DNA from: a virus
Virus record (IMG/VR): IMGVR_UViG_3300025154_000061
Coordinates: 28,260-92,259 of that record
Length of the DNA: 64,000 bases
Strand: one strand, 5' to 3'
Below, piece after piece: positions 11,398-21,636 of the stretch (within the stretch, counting starts at the first letter, position 1; every line of letters starts with the position of its first letter). The position numbers and the translations under genes are program-made. The notes below the pieces were generated by a model. That model ran no database searches, was not told where the DNA came from, and was given only the letters and a program-made list of their open reading frames with translations.

Positions 11398-14300
11398 ATG
11401 CCCGAGAACTTCGTTCACTGCCACGTTCACACCCACGCGAGCGCCTTCGACGGGCTCGGCACCGCGAGCGACTTCTTCAAGCGGGCTGCCGAAATGGGGC
11501 AAGTCGCCCTCGCGACGACCGAACACGGCACGCTGCGCGGGCTCTACGAGGCGACGACGGCCGCGAAAGAGACGGGGGTCAAGTTCATCCCCGGGTGTGA
11601 GTTCTACCTCGCCGACGACGCCCTCGCGCGGGGGTTGACGAAGGAAGAGAAAGCCGCGATCGAAGGGGCGGCCGCCCGTGACGGCGGCGATCCGAAGGAA
11701 CTCGCCAAGGCGGCCGAGCGCCTGCGCCGCGAGCGCGATCACGTCACGGTTTGGGCGCTCGACGACGAGGGGCTCGGGAACTTGATCGCGCTCTCGTCGT
11801 GGTCGTGGCGAGAGGGCTTCTATTACAAGCCGCGCGTCGACGTCGCCCGGTTGACGTCCCGTTCGCGCGGGCTCGCGATCTCGACGGGCTGTCTCGGGGG
11901 CGTCGTTTCGGCGCCGCTGCGAGTCGGCGACGTGCGCGTCGCGTTCGACCGCCTCGACCGCCTCGTCGCTGCGTTCCCCGGGCGAGTCTACGTCGAGCTT
12001 CAACCGCACTGCCCGCCCGGGGCCGAGGGGCTCGCCGAGAAGCTCGCCCGGCTCGCGCGCGACTACGATTTACCCGTGATCGCGACGCAGGATGCGCACT
12101 ACCCCCGCCGCGACGACAGCGTCGCGCAAGAGGCCCTCTTGTGCGTGGGGACGCGCGACAAGATCGCGAACCCCGATCGCTTCCGCTTCGACTCTCGCGA
12201 GTATTGGCTTCGCTCGCGCGCTGAAATGGCCGAGGCGTTCGCCGCGAACTGCCCCGGGCTCTCGTCGCTCGTCGTCGAGAAGGCTCTCGACGAGACGGTC
12301 GCCTTCGCTGAACGGTGCTCGGCCCGGCTTGCCCTCCCCGGCGCGGGCGCCTACCTCGCCGCGCCCGCGTTGCCCGAGGGCGTGACGACCTACGATGCTT
12401 GGTTGCTCCACCTCTGCGCGATCGGTTCGATCGCGAGATATGGCAAGTCTATTTCCGATCTTCCGACCGAGCACCTCGCCCGGCTGCGCGCCGAACTCAC
12501 GACGATCAAGAGCCTCGGCTTCGCTGCTTACTTCGCAATGGTCTACGACCTGCGGGCGTGGGCTCGCGCGCAAGGGATCTTCGTCGGCCCGGGGCGTGGG
12601 TCGGCCGCAGGCTCGCTCGTTGCCTACCTCGCGAGGATCGTCGACGTCGACCCGATCCGACACGGGCTGTCGTTCGATCGCTTCCTCGCACCCGGCCGCG
12701 TCGACCTGCCCGATATCGATCTCGACTTTGAAGACGAGCGCCGCGACGAGGTGCTCGTCTACCTGCGCGAGCGCTACGGCGAAGACCGGGTCGCGCATAT
12801 CTCGACGGTGGGAACGATGCGGGGGAAGAGCCTCGCCCGCGACCTCGGCCGGATCTATGGCGTGCCCGATCGCGACGTCTCGGCCGTCGCCTCGGTGCTA
12901 CCCGACGCGACAGAAGACGTGCCTATGATCGAGGCCCTCGCCTCGACCGCGATCGGCCGCGAGTTTGCCGAGCGCTACCCCGACGTCGTCGACGTGGCGA
13001 CGCGCCTCGAAGGTCAAATGCGCGGGGTGGGGCTTCACCCCGCAGGCGTGGTCGTCTCGCGCGTTCCTGTCGCCACGATCGCCCCGGTCGAGACTCGCCC
13101 GCGCAAGGGCGGGGAACGGGTCGCCGCTGTCGCGTGGGATATGGTGGCGGTAGAGAAGGCGGGGTTCGTCAAGATCGACGTGCTCGGGCTGCGCGCGCTC
13201 TCGTTCTTGCGGCGCGCCTGCCTGCTCGCCGGGATCGCCGACCCGACGACGATCGAACTCGAAGACGCCGAGGCCCTCGACGCCTTCACTGCGCACCGCT
13301 TCGGCGGGATTTTCCAGTTCGACACGCCCTCGGCCCGCAAGGCTTGTCGGGGGTTCGTCTTCCGCCGCTTCGCCGATATCGCCGCCATGACCGCGCTCGA
13401 CCGCCCCGGCCCTATGCAGACCGGCATGGTTGCCGAGTTCGTGAAGCGCAGTGAAGATCCGTCGCTCGTGCCCGCGTTCAATCCCGTCTACGATAGGATC
13501 ACCGCCGAGACGTTCGGGGTCGTGGTCTACCAAGAGCAGATCGTCGCGCTGGCCCGCGAGCTTGCAGGCTTCACGCCCGAGGCCGCCGACAAGTTCCGCA
13601 AGGCGATCTCGAAGAAGAAGCGGGAAGAGGTCGATGCGATCCTGCCCGTCTTCGTGAAGGGCTGCGTCGACGTGGGCGGGATGGATCGGGGCGACGCCGA
13701 GAAGTTTGCAGAATCATTGGAGGGCTTCGCCGAGTATTGTTTCAACAAGGCGCACGCGATCTCGTATGCCGCGATCGCGCTTTGGTCAATGCACTTGAAG
13801 GTTCACTATCCCGAGGCGTTCTTCGCCGCGTTCTTGCAGACCGAGCCGAACGCCCAAGTTCAATTGAGAGTCGCCGCCGAGGCCCGGCACCTCGGGATCC
13901 CGGTCATGCCGCCCGACGTCAACGCCGCCGCCGAAGGGCTTACGCTTGCCTATTCCTCGACCGGGGCCGCGCAGATCGTGAACGGGATCGCCGAGATCAA
14001 GGGGATCGGCAAGCCGACCGCCGCCTCGATCGCGGCCCGCGCGCCGTTCAAGTCGCTTGTCGACTTCTACGATCGCACGGCTGGCGACGGGCTGCGCGTC
14101 ACGGTCGCGACGTTCGAGCTTCTCGCCCGCGCTACCGCCTTCCGCTCGCTCTTCCCGAGCGTGCGCTTCCTCGTCGAGAACGCCCGCGAGGTGTGGGATT
14201 GGTTGAAGGTGGGGGTCGAGCCCGTGCTCGACGTCGACTACGACTACGACGGCGACACGATCGCTCGAATCGCTGGCGAGGTGTGCCCGCTCTACGTCGA

Positions 14301-15000
14301 CGCGAAGGGGCGTTCTGCGTTCACGGTCGTCGAGCGCCTACTTCGAGAGGGGACACGCCGCGAGATCGCTACCGTGGGCGAAATCGCCGACGCTGGCGCC
14401 TACGTCGTGCTCGCCCGCGTCAGCGCCGCCCGGCTCTTCTCGGAAGACGGGGGCGGGAAGACGCTTCGAGTGCTGCTATCCGACAACGAGGGCGCCGAGG
14501 TCGCCGCGAAAGTCGATCAAGACGTGACCGAGGCGACGCTCGGGGTGCTCGACGATCCCGGTCGGCTCGTGCTCGTCGTGTTGCGCGTCTCGAATCGCGG
14601 GATGATCACGGTTGAAGTCGGGCTCGACGCGAACGCAGCGATCACCACGTCTTCGCCGCTCGCCGACGCGATCTTGCGCCCGAAGCGCACGAGCCCCCGC
14701 GACCCGGGCGCCGCCCTCGAACGCACCCCGCCCGACGCGTCGTTCGCTGCCGAGGGCGTGGTCGTGCGATCCTTGAAGCGCCGCGACAAGTCGGGGGGCA
14801 AGCTGCGCGTCGTGACCCTTGCCGGTTCGGCGGGCTTCGCGCGCTTCTTCGTCTTCGATCGTCGGCACCGCGCCGACGTCAAGGCGCTGACCGTCGGCGC
14901 TCGGGTGCGCGTCAAGTTGACGCGCCTCGAAGGCGACGCCGCCTGCCTCGCCGACGCGGCCGTCGAGGTGTGCGCGACGCTTGCGCCCGCCGTTTCGTAA
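11398..15000 (+). CDS. dnaE: DNA polymerase III alpha subunit (family C)
   Basis: PHP HCHVH, TEHG, GCEFY; GPGRGSAAGSL; PDIDLDF; KIDVLGL; YQEQI; FNKAHA; C-terminal OB-like folds. Confidence 0.97.
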   Translation: MPENFVHCHVHTHASAFDGLGTASDFFKRAAEMGQVALATTEHGTLRGLYEATTAAKETGVKFIPGCEFYLADDALARGLTKEEKAAIEGAAARDGGDPKELAKAAERLRRERDHVTVWALDDEGLGNLIALSSWSWREGFYYKPRVDVARLTSRSRGLAISTGCLGGVVSAPLRVGDVRVAFDRLDRLVAAFPGRVYVELQPHCPPGAEGLAEKLARLARDYDLPVIATQDAHYPRRDDSVAQEALLCVGTRDKIANPDRFRFDSREYWLRSRAEMAEAFAANCPGLSSLVVEKALDETVAFAERCSARLALPGAGAYLAAPALPEGVTTYDAWLLHLCAIGSIARYGKSISDLPTEHLARLRAELTTIKSLGFAAYFAMVYDLRAWARAQGIFVGPGRGSAAGSLVAYLARIVDVDPIRHGLSFDRFLAPGRVDLPDIDLDFEDERRDEVLVYLRERYGEDRVAHISTVGTMRGKSLARDLGRIYGVPDRDVSAVASVLPDATEDVPMIEALASTAIGREFAERYPDVVDVATRLEGQMRGVGLHPAGVVVSRVPVATIAPVETRPRKGGERVAAVAWDMVAVEKAGFVKIDVLGLRALSFLRRACLLAGIADPTTIELEDAEALDAFTAHRFGGIFQFDTPSARKACRGFVFRRFADIAAMTALDRPGPMQTGMVAEFVKRSEDPSLVPAFNPVYDRITAETFGVVVYQEQIVALARELAGFTPEAADKFRKAISKKKREEVDAILPVFVKGCVDVGGMDRGDAEKFAESLEGFAEYCFNKAHAISYAAIALWSMHLKVHYPEAFFAAFLQTEPNAQVQLRVAAEARHLGIPVMPPDVNAAAEGLTLAYSSTGAAQIVNGIAEIKGIGKPTAASIAARAPFKSLVDFYDRTAGDGLRVTVATFELLARATAFRSLFPSVRFLVENAREVWDWLKVGVEPVLDVDYDYDGDTIARIAGEVCPLYVDAKGRSAFTVVERLLREGTRREIATVGEIADAGAYVVLARVSAARLFSEDGGGKTLRVLLSDNEGAEVAAKVDQDVTEATLGVLDDPGRLVLVVLRVSNRGMITVEVGLDANAAITTSSPLADAILRPKRTSPRDPGAALERTPPDASFAAEGVVVRSLKRRDKSGGKLRVVTLAGSAGFARFFVFDRRHRADVKALTVGARVRVKLTRLEGDAACLADAAVEVCATLAPAVS
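14974..14999 (+). promoter_or_regulatory. GCGACG-N16-CGTA putative phage promoter
   Basis: Exact motif upstream of HU gene. Confidence 0.65.
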
Positions 15001-15026
15001 CACTGGCAGACCTGGGGGAACGAAGC

Positions 15027-15308
15027 ATGAAGAGCACGAACCAATCGACCCTTGCAGACGTCGCCCGCCGAGCGGGCGTCGACGCAGAGGTCGCCGAGAA
15101 GATCGTCGAAGCGCTGCTCGAAGAGGCGAAGCTCGGCCGCAAGGTTTGGATCCGCTCGCTTGGGATCTTCCGGGTGACGCATACCAAGGCCCGCGAGCAC
15201 GCGACGCCGCTCGTGCCCGGGGGGATCGCCAAGATTCCCGCGCGCTGCGTGCTGCGCTTCCGCAGTTCCGAGGCCGCGCAAGAGTTCTTGAATCGGGGGC
15301 AGGCGTGA
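15027..15308 (+). CDS. HU/IHF-like DNA-binding protein
   Basis: VWIRSLGIFRVTHTKAR...IPARCVLRFRSS; about 93 aa. Confidence 0.85.
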   Translation: MKSTNQSTLADVARRAGVDAEVAEKIVEALLEEAKLGRKVWIRSLGIFRVTHTKAREHATPLVPGGIAKIPARCVLRFRSSEAAQEFLNRGQA

Positions 15309-15913
15309 CGACGTCGCCCGCTGCCCGGCACAAGGCCGTCGGCCGCACGTTCACGCTCGACGGGGGCGAACGCGTGACGCTGCTCGTTGGGGATCTCTTC
15401 CCGGGCGAGGATCTCGACGAGGAAGCCGGTTGGTTGTCGTCGACGATCGGGCTCGTCGGGGAACTGCTCGGGCAGACGACGCACGCGCTCGAACGCGAAG
15501 ACGCCGCCTATCGACGTTGGCGCGCGGGGGCTTCGCGCGACGTGCTCGCCAGCGAGCCGAAGACCCCCGAATGGAAGATCAAGCACGAGGTCGAGAACGA
15601 CCCGAAGTTCGAGGCGTTCAAGAACCGGGTCGCCGCGCTCGAAGGCGACAGCGAGTTCTTGCGCGCCTATCACGACGCGCTGCGCACCAAGTCGAGCATG
15701 ATCCGCGCCCGGGTGGAACTGCGCGGGGGCGAGCGCCGCTCGCAGCACGAGCCCGACACGCGCGGGGACGAGGAACGAGGATCGGCCGGGGGTGTCACCC
15801 GGCCGCGCTTCTACGAGCCCGAGGTTCGCGAGCCGACCGCCGATCGTGCGGCCCGCGTGCGAGAGGCTCTCGCGAACGGCAGGAAATCACCGAAGGAAGG
15901 GGAACGGCAATGA
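15305..15913 (+). CDS. Helical protein, possible UvsY-like recombination mediator
   Basis: Coiled-coil character, EWKIKHEVENDPKF...ALRTKSSMI; located next to SSB and RecA. Confidence 0.5.
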   Translation: MTTSPAARHKAVGRTFTLDGGERVTLLVGDLFPGEDLDEEAGWLSSTIGLVGELLGQTTHALEREDAAYRRWRAGASRDVLASEPKTPEWKIKHEVENDPKFEAFKNRVAALEGDSEFLRAYHDALRTKSSMIRARVELRGGERRSQHEPDTRGDEERGSAGGVTRPRFYEPEVREPTADRAARVREALANGRKSPKEGERQ

Positions 15914-17202
15914 GTCTCGATCTTGGCAAGCTGCGCGATCGCCACGCGCAGGGGAAGCGTTTCGCTGGCGGCGACAAGGGGTCGTTCTTGAAGATCCCCG
16001 ACGGCCTCTCGACCTACTACCTCGTCGCGCCGACCGAGGCAATGGGGGGGATCCCGTTCGTCGAGTTCCTCGTTCACCGCGAGGTCGGCCCCGAAGGCAA
16101 GATGACCGTGTGTCTCGCCGACGAGAACGAGATCTTGCGCGACCCGAGCGTCGCGCCCGCGCTGCGCGAGAAGGGCGTCGACGTCGGTCGCTGCCCGGTC
16201 GACGACTTCCTCGCCGACGACGCGGCGGCCGCGTCGCTGCCCGAGGTGAAGCTCGCGAAGATGGTCGCGAAGCCGCAATATCTCTTCGCGGTCGTGCCGT
16301 GGGAAATCCAGAACGCGGCGGGCGAACTCGTGCCCCTGCCCGACGGCGATCGCGTGCCCCGCCCGCTCTTCTGCGGCCCGCAGATATGGGATGGGATCTG
16401 CGACGTGATCGAGGCCGAGGGCAACGTCACCGATCCGAACGCCGCGATCTTGATCCGCATCAAGAAGAGCGTCGTCAAGAAGCGCACGAGCTACAAGGTC
16501 GAGGTCGACACCCGCTGCATTCGCGAGCCGATTCGGATCTCGAAGTCGACCAAGGCCGCGATCGCCGCCGCCTGCGCCTCGACGGGCGACTGCAACCTCT
16601 TCCGCATCGTCGTCAACATGACGAAGAGCGCCGACGTCGTCGACGCCTTCCTGCGCGGCGACACGGTCGAGACGCGCACGACGACCACGGGCGACGCCAA
16701 GCCGCACTGTTACTCGAAGGATCACGACCACGACGACGACGAGTGTCGCGTCTGCGTCTACGAGGTCGACTGCGCGAAGGCGTGCGGCACCGCGCCGTTC
16801 AAGGGCGCCGACAAGCCCGCGCCGCGTGGCGCCGTGACCGCCGCGCCCGCCACGAAGCCCGCCCCGGCCGCTGCCGCCGTCAAGGCGCCCGCCGCCCGCG
16901 CGGCCGCCCGGCCCGCGACGCCGCCGCCCCCGCCGCCCGAAGAGGAAGAACCCGAGTTCGACGCCGACCCGCCCGCGCCCGAACCGCCCCCGCCGCCGCC
17001 GCCCGCGCGTCGTCGTGCGGCGACGCCCCCGCCGCCGCCCGAGCCCGAGAGCAGCGTCGACGACGCGTTCCCCGACGAGCCCGAGCCCGGCGACGAGCCC
17101 GAGCCCGCCGAGGCCCCCGCCGCCGCGCCCGTCGACGAGGATCCCCTCGCCGAGATCGACCGCGAACTCGAAGCCCGCCGCGCGCGCAAGGGCGCCCGTT
17201 AG
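15910..17202 (+). CDS. gp32-like single-stranded DNA-binding protein
   Basis: FLKIPDG, VHR...CL...CPVD, TDPNAA..IRIKK...TSYKV; Cys cluster; Pro/acidic tail; precedes RecA. Confidence 0.65.
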   Translation: MSLDLGKLRDRHAQGKRFAGGDKGSFLKIPDGLSTYYLVAPTEAMGGIPFVEFLVHREVGPEGKMTVCLADENEILRDPSVAPALREKGVDVGRCPVDDFLADDAAAASLPEVKLAKMVAKPQYLFAVVPWEIQNAAGELVPLPDGDRVPRPLFCGPQIWDGICDVIEAEGNVTDPNAAILIRIKKSVVKKRTSYKVEVDTRCIREPIRISKSTKAAIAAACASTGDCNLFRIVVNMTKSADVVDAFLRGDTVETRTTTTGDAKPHCYSKDHDHDDDECRVCVYEVDCAKACGTAPFKGADKPAPRGAVTAAPATKPAPAAAAVKAPAARAAARPATPPPPPPEEEEPEFDADPPAPEPPPPPPPARRRAATPPPPPEPESSVDDAFPDEPEPGDEPEPAEAPAAAPVDEDPLAEIDRELEARRARKGAR

Positions 17203-17237
17203 AACCTTCAACCCGGGAACTTGATCGAGGTCTTTCA

Positions 17238-18374
17238 ATGTCGCACCGTGGCGCGTTCAGCACGAAGAAGGCGAAGTCGATCGCGAGCGCCCTCGCCCGC
17301 GATAAGGCGTTCGCCGAGTTCGACGATATCGTCGCGACGCGACGACGCACGACCTCGATCTCGACGGGGTCGCCAACCCTCGATCTCGCAATCGGGATCG
17401 GGGGTTGGCCCCTCGCCCGGCTCTCGATCCTTCACGGGGGCGAGGCGACCGGCAAGACGACGATCGCTCTCGAAGCGGTCGCGCAGTGGCAGCGCGCCGG
17501 GGGCGTCGTGCTCTACGCCGACGTCGAGCACGCGCTCGATCTCGACTACCTCGCCCGCGTCGTGCCCGATCCCGAGGGGATCATTCTGACGCACCCGCCC
17601 TATATCGAGAAGGGCTTCGAGTTGTTCGCCGCCTTCATCGATCGGGCGCGTGCCGCGAGCGTCGACGCGCCGCTCTTGATCGTGCTCGACTCGTTGCAGG
17701 CGTGGCCCGCAATGCGCACGTTCAACGGCGAGTATGATCGCCAGGACTACGGCCCCGAGGCGAACGCCTATTCGCGCGTGCTGCGCAAGTTCACCCCCAA
17801 GCTCTCGACGAGCAACACCGCCATGATCGCGATCTCGCAAGTGCGAACCAAAATGGACGGGTGGGGGAACTCGAAAGAGAAGGTCGGCGTCGGTCAAGCG
17901 CCGCTCTTCTATGCCAGCGTGATCGCCGACGTGAAGTCGAAGACCTTGCGCGGCACGACCGCCGAGGGCGTGACCGGGAATCACCTTCGGGTTCGCGTCG
18001 TCAAGAACAAGGTCGCCCCGCCGTTCCGCACGGCCGAGTTCGAGATCATCTTCGGCAAGGGCTTCGACCGCGTGCGCGCGCTCGTCGACTGCGCCAAGAC
18101 GATCGGCGTCGCCCGTGCCTTGAAGGGGAAGATCCTTTGGACGATCGACGGCGCCAAGGCCGACGCCTCGGGGCGAGCCTACGAGTGGGCGGCCGACGAT
18201 CTGTCGAGTCTGCTCGTGAAGGCGCCCGACCTCTACGACGGGCTCTTCGATCACGTTCACGATCTGCTAGTCGCCCGGCCCGACTTGATCGCGGTCGAGG
18301 TCGACGCCAGCCCCGCCGAGATCGACCTCGACGCGCCGCCCGCCGACGCGCCCGAAGACGAGGGCGACGCGTGA
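17238..18374 (+). CDS. recA: RecA recombinase
   Basis: ISTGSPTLDLAIGIGGWP, GGEATGKTT, DVEHALD, IVLDS, ISQVR, VKNKVAPPFR. Confidence 0.95.
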   Translation: MSHRGAFSTKKAKSIASALARDKAFAEFDDIVATRRRTTSISTGSPTLDLAIGIGGWPLARLSILHGGEATGKTTIALEAVAQWQRAGGVVLYADVEHALDLDYLARVVPDPEGIILTHPPYIEKGFELFAAFIDRARAASVDAPLLIVLDSLQAWPAMRTFNGEYDRQDYGPEANAYSRVLRKFTPKLSTSNTAMIAISQVRTKMDGWGNSKEKVGVGQAPLFYASVIADVKSKTLRGTTAEGVTGNHLRVRVVKNKVAPPFRTAEFEIIFGKGFDRVRALVDCAKTIGVARALKGKILWTIDGAKADASGRAYEWAADDLSSLLVKAPDLYDGLFDHVHDLLVARPDLIAVEVDASPAEIDLDAPPADAPEDEGDA

Positions 18375-19180
18375 CGCTACCGCACGACAAGCCCAAGAAG
18401 CCCGCGAAGCGCAAGCGCCCGGCCCGGCCCGAGGTCTTCGCGCGGTCTGCGGGGATCACCGCGCCGCGCCGCGATTGGGAAGCCGTGGGGCTAGACGTGT
18501 CTATCAATCACGCCGGGGCGGTCAAGCTCGACGGCGTCGACGGGGAGCTTCTCGACTTCGCGTTCTTGACGCCCCTCGTCGGGCTCGCGAAGTCGAGCCG
18601 CTCGTTCGGCACGCGGATCCCCGCGTTCAAGCAGGCCGACGTCGAGCGGCACCAATCCGAGATCGACCGCCTGCGTTGGTTGCGCGAGTGGTTCGGCCGC
18701 CTCGCCGACCGCCTCTTCCCGCTCGACGGGGTCGACTACTTCGTCGCGATCGAAGACTACGCTCTCGACGCCGCCCGGGGGGCTCACCAAATGGGCGAGG
18801 TCGGGGGAGCGCTGCGGTTGGCGTTGTTCGACTTCGCCGCCCGGCACCCCGGCCGCTCGATCAACCTGCGCTTTTGGGAACCGGGTTCAGTCAAGATCTT
18901 CGCGACCGGCAACGGCAACGCCGAGAAGGAACTCGTCGGCGAGTGCGCTCGCGCCAAGTGGCGCACCGCGCCGCTATTCGGCGACGACGACGTCGACGGG
19001 GATCTCGCCGACGCGCACACCCTCGCCCGCATGGTTTGGCGCGAGTGCCGCGTTCGCCTCGGTCGCGACGCGCTCGCCGACCTGCCCGACGAAGAGCGCC
19101 GGATCTTCCTGCGCACCACGAAGAGCGAGCCCGTCGCGGTATGCGACAGGCCGTTCGCGAGCTACCATGCCCCCGCGTAA
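18371..19180 (+). CDS. RuvC-like Holliday junction resolvase
   Basis: VGLDVSINHAGAV, VAIEDY, VKIFATGNGNAEK, DLADA. Confidence 0.75.
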   Translation: MTLPHDKPKKPAKRKRPARPEVFARSAGITAPRRDWEAVGLDVSINHAGAVKLDGVDGELLDFAFLTPLVGLAKSSRSFGTRIPAFKQADVERHQSEIDRLRWLREWFGRLADRLFPLDGVDYFVAIEDYALDAARGAHQMGEVGGALRLALFDFAARHPGRSINLRFWEPGSVKIFATGNGNAEKELVGECARAKWRTAPLFGDDDVDGDLADAHTLARMVWRECRVRLGRDALADLPDEERRIFLRTTKSEPVAVCDRPFASYHAPA

Positions 19181-20036
19181 CCTTCGAGAACTCGGCGCCG
19201 AGTGGGCGACGTGCGCGCGTTGCCCGTTGCACGAGCGGCGCTCGTGCGTGATCGTGGGGGCTGCGGTCAAGAACGCGCCGACCGTCGACGATCCCCTTCT
19301 GCTCGTGATCGGCGAGGCGCCCGGCAGCGAGGAAGACGCCGAGGGCGTGCCGTTCGCCGGGAAGGCCGCCCGGGTCTTGCACGACGAGATCTTCGCGGGG
19401 GCTGGCGTTAGGCTTGCCTATGTCTCGAACTGCGTCGGCTGTCGCCCGCCCGGCAACCGCACCCCGGCACGCGCCGAGATCGAGGCGTGCGCGCCGCGTG
19501 TCGCTGCGTTGATCGAACTCACCGCGCCCGACGCGATCGTCGTGGTCGGCCCGGTCGCCGAGGAAGCCCTCGCCTCGGGGGTGTGGGGCGAGGGGGCCTC
19601 GACGCTGCCTTCCTGCGCGATCCTTCACCCGGCGACCCTTCTACACCGGGGGCACCCGACCGACGCAACGCGCCGGGCTTTGCGCGCCGAGGTCGCCAAG
19701 ATCTCGCGCCTGCTCGTGCGCCTCGGGGCGAAGAGGCCCGCCAAAGCCGAGCCCGTGCCCGAGGTCGCCGAGGTCGTCGCGCCCGAGTGCGCGCACGTCG
19801 GGGTTCCGCTCGGTCGGCTCGTCGCTCGCGACGGCCGCGAGGCGCCCCTCGTAGTTTGTCGCGAGTGCGGCGTCGCCCTCTCGGATCCCAAGGCGGCAGG
19901 ATTGACGCCAAGGCGTTCCGGCCGTCGAGGGGATACGACGTCAGGGGGCGCGCGCTCGAAACGCGCCACAATCGATCCTCGTGCGTCAGGCGACGAACGG
20001 GAGGGGGTAGACGATGCGACTCGCAACGATCGGTGA
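19167..20036 (+). CDS. udg: Uracil-DNA glycosylase, family 4-like
   Basis: CARCPL, IGEAPG, NCVGCRPPGNRTP, HPA. Confidence 0.9.
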   Translation: MPPRNLRELGAEWATCARCPLHERRSCVIVGAAVKNAPTVDDPLLLVIGEAPGSEEDAEGVPFAGKAARVLHDEIFAGAGVRLAYVSNCVGCRPPGNRTPARAEIEACAPRVAALIELTAPDAIVVVGPVAEEALASGVWGEGASTLPSCAILHPATLLHRGHPTDATRRALRAEVAKISRLLVRLGAKRPAKAEPVPEVAEVVAPECAHVGVPLGRLVARDGREAPLVVCRECGVALSDPKAAGLTPRRSGRRGDTTSGGARSKRATIDPRASGDEREGVDDATRNDR

Positions 20037-21264
20037 TCTTCACGTCGTCGACGGTGAACTCGACACGCAAGGCCCCGTGCTCGACGAGATCGCCGCAGGG
20101 GTCGAAGAGGCCCGGCCCGATCTCGTGCTCGTCGTGGGCGATCTGTCGGGACACCGCGTCCCGCACAAGGCGACGCCCCGCGAGCGAAACGCGCTCGTCG
20201 GCTTCTTCGCGAAGCTGGCGCAGTGTGCGCCCGTCGTGATCGTGCGGGGGAATCACGACTACCCGCGCGATTGGGAGTTCCTGAACGCGATCGGCGGGCA
20301 TTCGTTCTACTCGATCGGGTTCGTCGACGAGCCTTCGACGCTGACCGCTGGCAAGGCGGGGGCGCTCGCGCTCGTCGCGTGCTTCCCGTGGGTCGACCGT
20401 TCCCGGTTCGGTCCCGACGTCGACTACGGCGAGGCCGTGCGCACGCTCTACGACGCCGTCGTCGACGAGGCGCGCTCGACGATCGCCACGCTGCCCGACG
20501 ACGAGTTGCCGAACGCCGTGGTCGCCCTCGGTCACTGCGCGATCGCCGGGGGCATGATCGGGATCTTCGGTCAACCGTCGGTCCCGACCGCCGATCCCGT
20601 GGTCGCGATCGACGACGTCTGCCCGAGCGACGTCTTCGACGCGGGGTTCTTCGGGCACTACCACGCGCCGCAGGAACTACCCCGAGAGGGCGAGAGCGGG
20701 GGCGCCGCGTGCCGCTACGTGGGAAGCGCTTTCGTGTCGCAGCACGGCGAAGCGACCGCGAAGTCGTGGGGCGTGGTCGATATCTCGGGCGAGGGCAAGG
20801 CCCGAGCGCGAGAGATCCCGATCCCGCAGGCCCCGCGCGTGCTCTTGCGCGTCGACGGCGTCGCCCGTCGCATCGTCGAGATCGTGCCCGCCGCCCTTGT
20901 CGGGCTCTCGGCCGGGACGTTGATCGACGAGTGCAAGCCGATCGCCTTACCTCGGGGCGCGCCGAGCGCGAGCGTGAAGGTGCGGATCGAGGGGGCGATC
21001 TCGATCACCGAGGCGGCCCGCGCGTTCGATGAGATCGCCGCGTTGGTCGCCCCGGCTGCGCACTCGATCAAGCGCGAGTTCGCGATCGAGCGCGTCGCCC
21101 GTGCTCGCGAGGGCGCCGACGAGATCGCCAAGGCGACGACGACGGCCGACAAGCTCGCGCGCTACCTCGACACGATCAACCCCGCGCCGAGAGGCGTGAT
21201 CCGCAAGCGGGCGATCGCGTTGCTGGCCGAAATCGAAGCGACGCTCGACGCCCCGATCGCGTAG
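20014..21264 (+). CDS. sbcD: SbcD/Mre11-like nuclease
   Basis: GDLH, GD, RGNHD, GHYH, YVGS. Confidence 0.9.
   Translation: MRLATIGDLHVVDGELDTQGPVLDEIAAGVEEARPDLVLVVGDLSGHRVPHKATPRERNALVGFFAKLAQCAPVVIVRGNHDYPRDWEFLNAIGGHSFYSIGFVDEPSTLTAGKAGALALVACFPWVDRSRFGPDVDYGEAVRTLYDAVVDEARSTIATLPDDELPNAVVALGHCAIAGGMIGIFGQPSVPTADPVVAIDDVCPSDVFDAGFFGHYHAPQELPREGESGGAACRYVGSAFVSQHGEATAKSWGVVDISGEGKARAREIPIPQAPRVLLRVDGVARRIVEIVPAALVGLSAGTLIDECKPIALPRGAPSASVKVRIEGAISITEAARAFDEIAALVAPAAHSIKREFAIERVARAREGADEIAKATTTADKLARYLDTINPAPRGVIRKRAIALLAEIEATLDAPIA
21238..21263 (+). promoter_or_regulatory. GCGACG-N16-CGTA putative phage promoter
   Basis: Exact motif upstream of ORF 21298. Confidence 0.6.
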
Positions 21265-21297
21265 TTCGGGCGAGGCGCGCACACCACGGGGGCGATC

Positions 21298-21636
21298 ATG
21301 ACGACCGACGGCAAGCTCGACGTCACCAAGTCGACGAAGAAGCGGGGCGATCTCGCCCCGGGCGCAGCGAGTGAGGCCGTGCCGGTCCCCTCGGGGCTGG
21401 CGCCTTCGGCGCACGAGCCCGAACATAGGTTCGCGCGGATCCGCGTGAACAAGGGGGCGACGATCAACATTGGCCGAATGGAGTTCCTTCGCTGCGACGT
21501 CGCGGTCGAACTCCCGTGCAAGCCCGATCTCGCCTCGCTCGACCGGGCGATCGATATCGCCGATACGATCGCGAACGACCGCCTCGTCGCTGAGATCGAG
21601 AACGCCCGCAAGCAGTCGGGCGGGGGCGACAAGTGA
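21298..21636 (+). CDS. Hypothetical protein
   Basis: GGGGG RBS; GATINIGRMEFLRCDV; GTGA-coupled to next gene. Confidence 0.65.
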   Translation: MTTDGKLDVTKSTKKRGDLAPGAASEAVPVPSGLAPSAHEPEHRFARIRVNKGATINIGRMEFLRCDVAVELPCKPDLASLDRAIDIADTIANDRLVAEIENARKQSGGGDK